Source: Adineta vaga (Eukaryota; Animalia; Rotifera). Taken from it: a stretch of 64,000 bases of DNA. A program made the position numbers and the translations under genes. The stretch covers positions 3,906,001 through 3,970,000 of the forward strand of contig CP075493.1 of assembly GCA_021613535.1 (NCBI GenBank), in the 5' to 3' direction. This document shows, piece by piece, positions 26,790-39,872 of the stretch (position 1 is the first letter of the stretch; every line of letters begins with the position of its first letter). The notes under the pieces were generated by a model, which was not told the DNA's origin, made no database searches, and saw only the letters and a list, made by a program, of their open reading frames with translations.

Positions 26790-27361
26790 AAAGACTTATC
26801 ACCGAAGGCGATAATAAATGCTATTACGAGATATTCTGAAAGTACCCTTGGATTCTAGGGCTATTTGAGAAAATATGATGATAAGAAGTAAAACGTACTA
26901 TTGTGTGATTTAGATCAAAATTGGCAAATCTATTCCAATTTAATGATTAAACAGAATTCTATTGTTTTATTTCATTTTCGAAGAAAAAGGTGTGGATAAA
27001 AGGTCAAAAAAACATTTTCTTTAAAACTGTTGCAAACATCGAAATTCGATACCACAGTGATGGTAGGACGATGGGTTTGCGTTGGATGAGGGTGCTGTCT
27101 ACCTATATTTATCTGATTGTCCGCACTAAAACCAGTGATCGATATCAGTACTTCGGAATCCTTCGATTGGAAAATTTTCTTTTCTTTAAGGTGGTTGGTG
27201 GTTAAGGTTCTAAAGATATGTCATTGTTCGAACTACATTAATGAACGTGCAATACAGACTGAAGCATTGTAACGCTCTAATTACCATTTCTAGTACAGAC
27301 GGCAGTATAGTGACAATGATTGTGTTTGCTTGTTTATTGAACACTTTGCTGGTTTGTGTGA

Positions 27362-27413
27362 TAGGGGTGGTTATTTAACTTAATTTTAAGTTAAGTCAAA
27401 TGACCCAACCCTA
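27362..27413. mobile_element. 52 bp fold-back, hAT-like mini element
   Basis: TAGGGGTGGTTATTTAACTTAA is an imperfect inverted repeat of TTAAGTCAAATGACCCAACCCTA; flanks TTGTGTGA / TTATATGA match 6/8. Confidence 0.55.
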
Positions 27414-28668
27414 TTATATGATTCCAGTCCTTTGTTTATCCATAGCTGAATCTCAGTTGCATATATCATATAGCTCACGAAGTTAAAGTTTTTTATGAAT
27501 ATTATAGTGATCTCAACAAATATTCATAAAGACATCAGCGAAAATAAAACGAAACGGTACTATGTGATAATAATGATAGTGTGAAAAATCATGACATTTT
27601 TGAATATAAGAACGGTCAGAACACTCTTCTGACTTTTTGGGAAACGACTTCGGGAATGCAAAGAATTAGCGTTACTGATTGTCTATCGACTGATATGTAA
27701 CAAGTATTCCATGAATTGCAAAAGATTCATTTTCAAACCAAAAACCGTTTCAGCGAAAATAGTCACTAAATTTGTTTTGATTAATCCTTCAGTCAAGGGT
27801 CAAGCGAGTCACCTTCGACGAGCGTTATTTATTCTGTTTTCGTTGAATATCAGTACGAGTGAACCTTACTAAATCTCGCATTAAAATCAAACTTATTTGT
27901 AAAATATATTGATGATTCAAAAGCATAACTTATACGTTCACTTTAAACAAATATCATAAAATGAGATATTTATTTGGAACATTCGTTCTACTATTCATTG
28001 TTGAATTTCTGTCGTGAGAATCATTCATGTAGAATTGATGAATTGTTTGTTACGCACTCGAATTACACCTTCAGAAATATCAATGTAGCTCAAAAACCAA
28101 AACTACTAGTTGCACAACCTAATGAAAGATTTCATTTGTTTTTCATAACAATTTGTTCTTATTTAACTTTTCTAGCGACTTGCAAATACAGAAATAAATT
28201 TCAATAGACAGATCAGATAGTAAAATATCGACATAGTCAATAATAAATTTGGATGATATTTAGCCTTATTTTATTCAATATCAGTTTTCGTAGTCAACTA
28301 CATTCGAGAAATCACGTACTTAAAAGAACAAAACAAGTGACTATATTGACTGTTGGATTCTGAAAATAATTTAAAATATAATCGATTCTTTTCCACTTGA
28401 TTCAATGTATCTAATCAATATCTCGAACCTATTATTATGATGTTAGCAAATACAATTACCGAGATTCATGATGATCATTAGATTCGAATTGATTTCCAGT
28501 TGTGATATTCCAGAACAAATGACTGACTTCTATTTCCCTATAGTATTAAACTTTTATATGTATATTCAAGATTAAATGACAATAACACAAAGAAAAACGA
28601 AAACGAAAAAGAAACGAATGTTCAATATATTGTTATTGATCGAAAATGAATTGCATCCTTGTCTTGTT

Positions 28669-29036
28669 TTATTTTCCTCCAGCTGCTTGTTTTCGTAATA
28701 ATTGAAAGATTTCTTGTTTAATCCATTCTTTATTATGTGGCTTATATTCGCCTGTTTGTTTTTGAAAAACTAAACAACTTAAATCTGATATTTGATCAAT
28801 AAATTCAAATAATTCCGATATATCATAAGTAATCGATGGTGATGTTGGATTTCGTTTTTTCAAATGTTCTTCAAAGACTTTACAAATGCCTAAATGAAAT
28901 GATAAAGAAATTTCTTTCAAGGAAAACAAAATCATCTTGATTTACCATCGAGACATTCATCAACTGATTCATAATCTGAATAAGTACGAGAATCAAGTTT
29001 ACTTGTTGATTGAAGAAGAAGAATTGTATGTGACAT
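28669..29036 (-). CDS. ERH: Enhancer of rudimentary homolog; exons 29036-28946, 28889-28669
   Basis: MSHTILLLQ...[28 protein letters not shown]....[13 protein letters not shown]...DLSCLV...HNKEWIK is the ERH signature. Confidence 0.96.
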
Positions 29037-29074
29037 ATCTGAAAATACGAAAAAAAAGAGAATTTGTTACTTTT

Positions 29075-29659
29075 TCAAGCAGTAAATTTTAAACATCGTG
29101 TATCTTTATGTATATCAAGACATTTTAATGAACAATAGAGACTACCACATATTTGACATGTATATTGCGATGTTAATCCACAAACAGCACAAAGTTTTAA
29201 AGGTGGATATTTCGATGGTTTAGCAATAATAGTAAAATAATTTTTTGTTTCATTCGATTTTTCTCCATTCAAACCTAATTCTTCATCTAATAATGTTTGT
29301 AAATTTTTACGAAAACGTGTTTTAAAAACATCATATTTAAATTGTACTTTACGACGTTTATTTGACGTCGTCGGATTTGTTGGTTCATCTGATTCAAGTA
29401 TTAAACCTTTCGATTGACGACTATAACCAAATGCGGATGTATTTTGAAGAGTTTTTGCTAATTGTTCTTGAGTTAATGTTGAATCGAATGATGATGATAT
29501 TTCCGTTGGATCTTCATGAAAATTATCTTGTTCAAGTGATTCAAGAAATTTTTGTGTACGACGTGCACGTGTTGATGCATCAAGAACACGAGATGATGAT
29601 GATGTTGATGAAAGATTTTCTTTTGCTTGACGTGTTAAACGTTGTTGTGTTTGTTCCAT
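29075..29659 (-). CDS. ZNHIT1: Zinc finger HIT domain protein 1 (SWC6/Vps71, SRCAP/SWR1 subunit)
   Basis: RVLD..TR.RR..K.LE.LEQDNFHEDP, RFRKNLQTLLDEE and C-terminal zf-HIT CAVCG....YTC..CG..YCS..CL..HKDTRCLKFTA. Confidence 0.93.
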   Translation of the reverse strand: MEQTQQRLTRQAKENLSSTSSSSRVLDASTRARRTQKFLESLEQDNFHEDPTEISSSFDSTLTQEQLAKTLQNTSAFGYSRQSKGLILESDEPTNPTTSNKRRKVQFKYDVFKTRFRKNLQTLLDEELGLNGEKSNETKNYFTIIAKPSKYPPLKLCAVCGLTSQYTCQICGSLYCSLKCLDIHKDTRCLKFTA

Positions 29660-31201
29660 GATTGAATTAAATACAAAAAAACAATATACCAACACCTATT
29701 TTTCATTTTTTTTCTTTCTTATTCACGATAATGAAGAAGAACCAATGATTCATAAAGGATTCTTTTTGTAGAGGGCGTTATTCATCAAACGAATCTTAAT
29801 CCATATCATTTCATCAAGATTTTATGGGTTTGAAATGAAATGAATATTTTGTAGAATTTAATCTCAAACATGAATATAAATCTTCAATATTTAATTATTT
29901 CTCGAAACTAATGTTGAACTATGTTAAGAGTCTATGACTAAAACAAGTTGAGTTGCTCTTGAGTTTGTCTGCGAATGTTTGAAGGACAAAGAAAGAAAAA
30001 CTTAACTTATGTTCTTAATGATAAAGTTACAAAAATACTCCTAATTGCTTATTATAAATGATACTGACTTGCAATGCAAATAGTAAATGATGTATGTTTT
30101 GTTCTAGAATTGAGTCGATTCTAAAACAATGCATTAATGCATTTTATTGTTACATAAACGTTTGTTTTTGATCAGGTATATTGAAAGGATGACTTTGCAG
30201 AAAAAATCATTCAATCGAAAACGTTAACTTATTTCACTGGAGGACGATATTAGCCAATCATGGCAGACAGAGTCATTTGTCAAAAATCGATCAATTATTC
30301 GGAAAAGAACGAAATCCGATTAGTTCCAAACAAAAAACCGTCACCGACTACAATTTAATCAGAAAAAAATCTTTGTTTTTCTCTTCTTGTTTATCTCAAA
30401 TATTGCCATACTTTATTTTGATAATGTCATTCTATTAATTCGTATTAAAGAACCTAATTAATGAATACTTGTAGATTCTAATCATGTGACATATTTTGAT
30501 TAATAATTATTATCTAATTTGATGTGATTCGAAATAGGAACTGATAGATGGCTGTATTCTGATTAAATAATCAAACCAACAAAAACGAAGAAGACTCTAA
30601 AGTTAGTATATAAATACTCAAATATTTGCGTATTTAATTTATAAAACTGATATAAGCTCATTAACTGAAATATTAGTATAATATAACGTAATTGCAAAGG
30701 ATATTTTTAGTTTTGATGTAAAAGTTTGACTATTTTTGACATAAATACCTTCCAGATGCATGGTTAGAAAGAAAGAATGTTAACCTTGAACATATTTTTT
30801 TCTTCTACTTTAGTAGTTTTCTTTCAGGAAATTCTTTTAAATGGAATTTCATCTGCTAAGAACACGAAGCTTTTACTTGATGTTCATGATTTTTTCACTA
30901 AATTAGAGTAAATCTGATAATCCATCTAAATATCAATAGAAAATAAACTTCTCTAGAAAATATTAAGCTAAATCCATTGAATAAGACTTTTGTTAAAGTG
31001 ATTCTTTTCTCTTATTCTAGTTCATTAGATTCCTTTACATTAGAGAAAGATCAAAACGTGGTTTTGTTGAAGTTTTTTTTTTATTAATTCTTTTAGCCTT
31101 GGGAATTTCTCAATCCAGTATAATTACTTTTCTTACTTATTGACAACTTTGAATAAGACAAGTACGTTAGAAGAAAAATTCATTAAGAAAAAGAAAGCAT
31201 A

Positions 31202-31237
<36 letters not shown>

Positions 31238-31698
31238 ATCCCAGTAGTTTTCAGTTCGATAACATATGACCTATGGAAAACGTCTATCTTGTCTTAATAA
31301 TATTCAATTCTATTTAATCTATTTAGGAAATCGAGATCTTCACTGAAGTAGTTCGTTTGATGTTCTCATCTCGATGCAATTATGGTCGTCCGTTTTTTTT
31401 CTCTTCAAGAAAGAACGCTTTGATGAATATTCTGGCTTTAATCTACAAGAATAGTTGTGATCATAGAATGTCTTTTTTTAGTTATTTCCATCCTTTCTTC
31501 TTCGTCTTTTTCTATTATTGACTGTCAACAAGCGAATCTAAACACAACATATTTTTCTTTTCTCTGTCTTCTTAGTTGCTTACACTTCCGAAGAGAAGAA
31601 AAAGAAGAAGAAAAAGAATTGTCTTCAATCAGATCGTCATTGATTTGTTCCTTCTTCTTCTCTCCCTTTAGTTTGTAATTGTTCGACATTCAGCGACG

Positions 31699-34600
31699 AT
31701 GACGTCAGTGAAAGTGGCTGTTCGTGTTCGGCCATTTAATACTCGGGAACGAAATCGTCAATCAAAATGTATTATTCGAATGGATCCAAACGAACAAACA
31801 ACTTTCATACGAAATCCTCTGGATGATACTATAAAACATTATAAATACGATTATTCATATTGGTCATGTGATGAAAATCTGACTGATCAAACTTTTGCTA
31901 CTCAAGAACAAGTTTATCAAGATTTAGGCATTGAAATGTTAGAACATTCATTTGAAGGATATAATGTTTGTATATTTGCTTATGGACAAACAGGTGCTGG
32001 AAAATCTTATACAATGATGGGAAGAAATGAACCCAATGAACAAGGTATTATACCAAGATTATGTGGACAATTATTTCAACGAATTGGTTCATCTACATCA
32101 CATTCTTCGTCTCGTATTCAACCACAATATACAGTTGAGGTGTCCTATATGGAAATCTATTGTGAACGTGTTCGTGATTTACTTTCACCAAAAAAATCGC
32201 AAACGATTAGTGTTGGAAGTTCACATAATTTACGTGTACGTGAACATCCAATCATGGGACCCTATGTTGAAGATTTATCACGTCTACTTGTTACATCTTA
32301 TGATGATATATCAAGATTAATCGATGAAGGAAATAAAGCTCGAACAGTCGCTGCTACAAATATGAATGAAACATCCAGTCGATCACATGCTGTTTTTACA
32401 ATTCTATTTTCTCAATCTACACATGATCCAATGACAGATTTAACAGCAGAAAAACAATCAAAAATTTCTCTTGTCGATTTAGCTGGAAGTGAACGAGCTG
32501 ATTCAACTGGTGCCACAGGTGATCGATTGAAAGAAGGTGCAAATATTAATAAATCATTAACAACATTAGGAAAAGTAATCGCAGCATTGGCAGAAATGGT
32601 TTGTTAGAAAAGAACAAAAGTGTACAATAGAATAATTGATAAATATGTTTTTGCTCATGTTTAGAGTTCAAAAAGTCGAAAAATACGTTCTGAGAAAAAG
32701 TCTGATTTTATTCCATATCGAGATTCTGTATTAACATGGTTACTCAAAGAAAATCTTGGTAAAAGAAAAACTTCATATTATTTGTATGAGAGAATATTTA
32801 CTTTGATTTTTTTTAAATTTCAGGTGGAAATTCTAAAACAGCTATGATCGCTGCTATATCTCCAGCTGATATTAATTATGATGAAACTCTTTCCACACTT
32901 CGCTATGCTGATCGTGCAAAAGCTATTGTTTGTAAAGCAGTTATCAATGAAGATGCAAATGCACGATTGATCCGCGATTTAAAAGAAGAAATAATGAAAT
33001 TACGAGAATTGTTAAAGAATGAAGGTGGAATTAATTTATCAGCTGATGGTACGATCTATCACCAACACATTCATCCAAACAACAACAACAACAACAACAC
33101 CGATTAAAATCAACTCCATCACAAAGTAGTGAAGATGCATTAGAACGTTTGAAAGAAAATCAGAAATTAATGGATTCATTATGTATGTCTTATGAAGAAA
33201 AATTACAAAAAACGGAAAAAATTATGGCAGAACGGTAGGATCAACAGTTTCATTATGTATTTGCTTCCAAAATAAAGTTGATTTCATTTCAGAGAAGCTG
33301 CTTTCCATGAACTTGGTGTGTATTCTAAGAATGATGGAAATGCAGTGGGAATATTTTCTCCGAAAAATGTAAGAATCAAGGAAAAGAAAAATCTCCAGAG
33401 ATCAATAAAAATGTGTCTTTTTAGTCACCACATCTTGTAAATCTTAATGAAGATCCATTAATGTCAGAATGTTTAATGTATTTCATTAAAGATGGTACTA
33501 CTCGGTAAAAATAATTCTTTTATTAAAAAAACTTATTTACAAAAAATTAATCTTTTATGATTTAGTGTTGGCCGTCCAGATACACCTGTTCATCAAGATA
33601 TTGTTTTGTCTGGTTCTCATATTGAATCTGAACATTGTATTATCATCAATTCACAAAATATTGTTCATTTAAAAGCATGCAGTCAAACAGCAATGTGTTA
33701 TGTCAATGGGAAACAAGTCAATATGAATACAACAGTTGAATTAACATCCGGATCGCGTGTTATCTTTGGAAAGTCTCACGTGTTTCGTTTTCTTAATCCT
33801 GAACAAGCCAGACGAAAAACAACGAAAAATGAAACAACTGGTGGTATGTTGAAGAGTATTTCTTCTTCTTCTTCTTCTTTATTCCGAAAATTTAGAACCA
33901 ACTGATTGGAACAGTGCAATACAAGAATTATTAGAAAAGCAAGGTGTAGATATAAAACATGAAATGGAAAGAAAGTAGGAGAAGATTGTGATGAAATCTG
34001 AATGAAGATGATTGGTTTTCTTTAGACTTGTAACCATGGAAGAAGCATTTCGGCGTGAAAAAGAAGAATCTGATCGTCTTTTACGTAAACAAAAACTTGA
34101 ATATGAATCGAAAATAGTTGAACTACAAAAACAAGTGATGGAAACATCAATGAGTCAATCGATGTTATCCTCAATTTTATCCTCATCAGGTTTACTTGAA
34201 TCAACAGTATTTCAACAACAAACACTTCATGAAGATATTATCGAAACTGAACATGATATACTTAGTTGTAAGTTAAATTCGATATAAGATTTTATATAAG
34301 ATTTCTCTATTTAGATTGTTCTTGGACAGAACAAGATTTTCAATTAGCTTGTTGGGCATGGAAAAAATGGCGTTTTCATCGGATAACATCATTACGAGTA
34401 TGTTTTAAACTGATGAAGTTTTTCTTTGCTCGTTAGTTCCAATCTACATTTAATATGTCATTATTTAAAAAAACAACAACAATAGTTTCGCTCATTCCCC
34501 TTGAATAGGATTATTCAAATCGTATTCAGCCTATTGGATTGATCAAGGTATCATCATTGCCTGTTTGTTCATGTTTTGTCTCAGTCAATTTTTTTATTTC

Positions 34601-37600
34601 TTCTCAATGTTGTCTTTTGTTACTTTGAAAACTCGAAATTACACGAAAAAAAACTTCAATCGTTGTCTTTTGCTTTAGTCAGTTTGATTTTTGTCGTCGA
34701 TACATAAGCCTTTGCATGAAAACTAACTTCTTCTTCCCTTTGTATTAGGACTACATAGATGGATTCTTTCCATCTTCAATTATTTCAATAGAATATCAAT
34801 GATAAATGCATCGAAAAATTTAAAATGAATGATTGTATTCTTCCTTCTAATTATAAAATCATAGTATTCGGATGTTTTTCTCTCATGTAGATTGTACTTT
34901 ATTCATAGGGAGGTCAACTGAGGCATCTGACAGATTTCTGTTGTTGATTTGTTAACATATGTTATCGAAATTGTAATTATAGACGTAAGCTAAATGATAG
35001 TTTTGTCAATTTCCTTTTGAAAATGTCATGTGGAAATAATTTCTATAGAAAAGAAAAAAAAGAAAATCAGCTGTATGGAGAAGAAACATGATCTGAATAA
35101 ATATTCTTTTCAATTCAAAACTTCATGAAATGATCAGGAAATCCTCGCACTTAGGAACTTGTAGAGTTTCTTGTAATATGTCACGATAATCCCTTCAAAA
35201 TTATCCTACGCACTTCGTATCATGGAATACGAAAATAGTCTTATAATTGATTTGACTTATAAATATTGTACAGAAATGATTTTTTATTTACAGGATCTTT
35301 TATGGGGTAATAGTGTATATTTAAAAGAAGCCAATGCTATTAGTGTTGAATTACGTAAACGTGTTCAATTTCAATTTATTCTCTTAACTGATACACCTTA
35401 TTCTCCATTACCAACTGATCTTTGTCCATCATCATTATCATCTTTATCACAAAATACCATTGTTGCTATTGAAGTACAAGATCTGAAGAATGGTGCTATA
35501 CATTATTGGTCGTTAGAAAAATTTCGGTAGGTTATTTTTGAATGTAAAAAAATAGAGAAAGGAATTCTAAGATGAAAATCAGAAAATTGTAAATCTAAAC
35601 ATTTCCTCACTGATAAAATTCATCCGAACATATAGATCTCGTCTGGAAATCATGCGTCATATTTATAATTGTGAACAAATTTCAATTCCACGTGCAGTTA
35701 GTTATAATAATATGAGCGATTCATCATCGCAACATATTGTTTTAACAACTGATTCTCAACATTCAAGTTTTGATGATACGATTCCAAGTCCAACAGTAAA
35801 AGGAAAATTTGATTTTTCGATTAAAGCCAGGTTTGTGCATGTCATGCTTTTGTCATAGTTATTGTCCTCTACCAGTAATCCTTATTTATATAATTCGAAA
35901 GCAATCTCCTTCTATCAATTAAAAGTTATTCTATTAATAGACAACGATTGGAATTAATGCGTGAAATGTATTCAAATGCTGCCGATGTTTCACCAACATC
36001 ACCTGATCGAAGTATGGACTCCTCAGTCATTGATGAAAATTCATCAGCAACTATTCAAGCTGATCCATTCTACGATCGATTTCCATGGTTTCGATCTATT
36101 GGAAGGTAAGAGAAAACATTTTGATTTGTTTATGAATCGTTTTGTTTTTCCAGAGCATTTGTTTATCTAACAAATCTATTACATGGTTTTACATTGATAC
36201 AAAATGTTGCTATTGTGTCCGAACGTGGTGATATTAAAGGTTATTTAAAAATTTCCATTGAACAATTACAAACATTAACAACACAAGAAACAACAAATGA
36301 ACAAATCAAATTAATGAAAACCTATCGAAATGCAAGTGGATTAACTAAACTTGTCTTTGATGACGAAACATACTTTCAAGTATATGAACATATTCCATTC
36401 TTTGAAAATAAACACTATTGAATGATTTTGTAGGAGATGAAAAATTCATCATCCATTGATTTGATCAAATCTTGTGATTCTTTGGATCCTAATCTTCGTT
36501 ATGTTGAAGGTCAATCTCAATGTGGTGCTAATGATCTTCTTCAACAAAAATCACCAATCGATTCTTTATCACCACCAATCCATCGTAGTAAATATAAATG
36601 TTCTTTTTTTTCTTTTTTGTTGATGAAAGATGACTTTTATTTCGAAGGAACAACAACCATGACAACAAGTGATGTCCTATCGAATGAACTTTTACAACAT
36701 CGTGGTGATGAATATCAATTTCGCGTGACTATCTTAGAAGCATCACAAATTCCAACTGAATATGAAGATATTTTTTGTCAATTTAATTTTCTTCATCAAC
36801 ATCATGAAGCTTATTCAACAGAACCAATTAAAAATCAAACTAAATCTGGTTTACCACTTGCTTTTTCTCATATACAAAATGTAGAATGAAATCATCGAAT
36901 TAAACTTTACAAATTTAATCAATTTCTATTCTTTTAGTTCAGCGTCATTGTCACTCGTTCATTCATTGATTATCTTAGTTGCAAACCTATCGTCTTCGAA
37001 ATCATGGGTCATTATCAAGAACGGTCAAATTCTACATTCTATCCGTAAATACCCATATAAAATCCTATTTTTTTCTCTAATAGACTCTTCAATTTAGTGC
37101 TATACCAACTCATTCACCAATTTATGACATTTCAACGATGCCATTTTCCAAACCAATTCCAGCACAAACATTAGATCCAATGATACCTACAAAGTGAGTT
37201 TTGATTTTCAAAAACATTATTATACGTTTTGATTCTTTTTACTATTTAGTTCAGCCAATCAAAAGCATGCTTGTCATGATCTTCTTGTTTGGTATGAAAT
37301 TTTCGAATTATCACCAAATGGAGAGTAAGTTTATGTTTATACTTTTGTCATCGAAATGATTTCGTGTTCAGATATGCTGCTGTAACAGTTGATCATTCGG
37401 ATGATGTACCTTGTTCAGGACGATTTATTCTTCATCAAGGTATACAACGTCGTATTGGAATAACATTATGTCATGAATCTAATTCAGATCCTATTTGGAA
37501 AAATATTCGTGAAGTTGTTGTTGGTATGTCAGTTTTTGTTTTCAGATTAGAAAGCTTAATAATTAAATTATGCTTTCATTTATATACAGGTCAAATTCGT

Positions 37601-39415
37601 AGTCAATCAGATTATATTCATGGTGAAACGGATGGTGAAGTACTTTCATTGAATATTATTTCAAGTCAATACATTCAAAAACAACATGATGATCGAATAT
37701 TTTATCATTTTGAAGTTGCATGGGATTCTTCATTACATAATTCTCTTCTACTTAATCGTTGTACATCAAGTGGAAATTCTGTTTATTTAACAATTTCATC
37801 AACAATTGATATTGAACATTCTTGTCAACCATTAATGATCATGAAAGATCTTTGTCTTGTTCTTTATCCACGTAGTGGAGATTCAACATCACGTTTACGT
37901 TCATCAATTAAGAATTTTTTTCTTTCGACACATTCATTGAACCGATCAACAATGCACGATGAACATTCTAATAGTGTCAGCAATTTATGAATTGAAATTA
38001 AAATATTCATCCGTATTAAGTCCAATAGCTCAAGATGTATCGAATGAAAGTCCAGGTGTTCAACGACGATGTCGAAAAATTATTGATACATCAAAGATTT
38101 ATGTTCGTGGAGAAGAAATGTTACATGGTTGGAGACCGCGAAGTGATTCATTGATTCTCGAACATCAACATGATTTAGAAAAATTATATAAGATCGAATG
38201 TGTATGTTTCATAATGGAAAACAATTAATTCATCTAATTTCATTTATATTTCTTAGGTAGAACATACGAAACATATTCTACAAGTTCAAAATCATTTAAA
38301 AAAACCATCCGAATCTTCTGTTAAAAGTTCACCGGAAAAAGTTCAACATTCGAATAATAATTCCAAATCTTTATTTGACAATCGTCAAGAAAAATTACTT
38401 CGTCGTTGTTTGACAATGATGATATCATCACCAATAACACTATTGAAAATGGCTTCGCAAAAATCTAAAGTATATTATTTATAAAAATAAAAGATTACAA
38501 AATAATTCATTTATTTTTATAGAAACAAACTACTATCAATGATTTTTATTCTGATTCTTCTTCATTAAAATCTCCAATAGCTGGTGAGATACATTCAACC
38601 AATGTACAAACACCGAATATGATCAATTCACATCATCAATCTTCGCCAAATAGTTCAGATTTTACAAAGTAAGTCGAGAAATTGATTTGTAATACTTTTG
38701 ATTTAATCTAAAATAAATTTGTATTGATTGGTTTGTTTGTTTTTTCCTTCTGTAGATCTTTCCGTTCGGATCCTTCTTCATCTACATCACCTGAATATCG
38801 CCATACTGATAATAATAATTGCAATCTTGCACAATCTCGTTCCGTAGAAAGTCTGACAAATACGTCAATTCAATATAGACCATTCATCGAAGAAGTTCAC
38901 ATATCACCGATTGTATCACGACGTGGTTATTTAAATTTCATGGAAGAAAAAGGAATAAATTGGTTGAAAAGATTCGTGGTATATTCAACGAAATAATTTA
39001 AACACTCCATTGATTTTCTTTTCATTAGATTATCCGACGTCCATTTGTCTTTATCTATAATCATGAGAAAGATCTTGTTGAACGTGCATTAATCAATTTA
39101 AGTACAGCACGTATTGAATTAAATGATGAAGATTTAACCAAAGTAATCAGAAATATAATTATTATACAAAAACCTATCTTTTTTTCTTTAACTAGAATAT
39201 TCGTCATACAATATCCGTTGTTACTAAATATCGTACTTTTCTTATTAAACCATTACTTGAAAAAGATCTTCATGATTGGCTCTATGCTTTCAATCCTTTA
39301 CTAGCTGGACAAATAAAGTATAAACAACTTGAATATTCAAATGATTTTGTTTTTCCCTTGTTTTCCTTCTAGATCGTGTTCATCGAATCGATCAAAAGAA
39401 ACAGTTCTCAGTTAA
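31699..39415 (+). CDS. unc-104: Kinesin-3 motor, KIF1A/KIF1B/unc-104 ortholog; multi-exon, with one apparent 1-nt frameshift near 33050-33062
   Basis: Motor domain ([22 protein letters not shown]), FHA region ([16 protein letters not shown]), [48 protein letters not shown]-terminal PH domain ([11 protein letters not shown] ... [13 protein letters not shown]). Confidence 0.95.
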
Positions 39416-39872
39416 ATTTCTCTCCGTCAGATTGATTGTTACAAAGTATATATAGATATTTTTTCTTCAAACAAATGATCTAGAAACTTTGCAAGAAAAC
39501 AAATTCTAACTATCTAGTCGTTTCTTTTTGTTATTGTTTCATCATGTCTTTCAACAAATTCTCTCTATCTGTAATTTAATTATCGATTTCTATCCCTATC
39601 TATGATGATAAATCAACATATTTATGTTTAAGAAACAGTAATGTATTTCTGTGTGTGTGTGTGTGGACTCAGTTTAATTTAATTTGAAAAGAAAAATTAG
39701 GTAATAAAATGAAAAAAAATAAGCTTATTTATTAAAAACTAGTGAAGATGATATTAATCGTATCAATATCATTAAAATTATATAGGCATGCAAATAATTT
39801 CTACATTTATTTTTACGCATAAAAATCTAGGCAATTTTTACAAAAAAAAAACATTCATCGAATATCTATAAA

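Noticed and set aside
33077-33100. Poly-Asn C-terminus of a short kinesin
   Set aside because: The (CAA)n tract reads poly-Gln in the frame that continues into conserved KIF1 sequence
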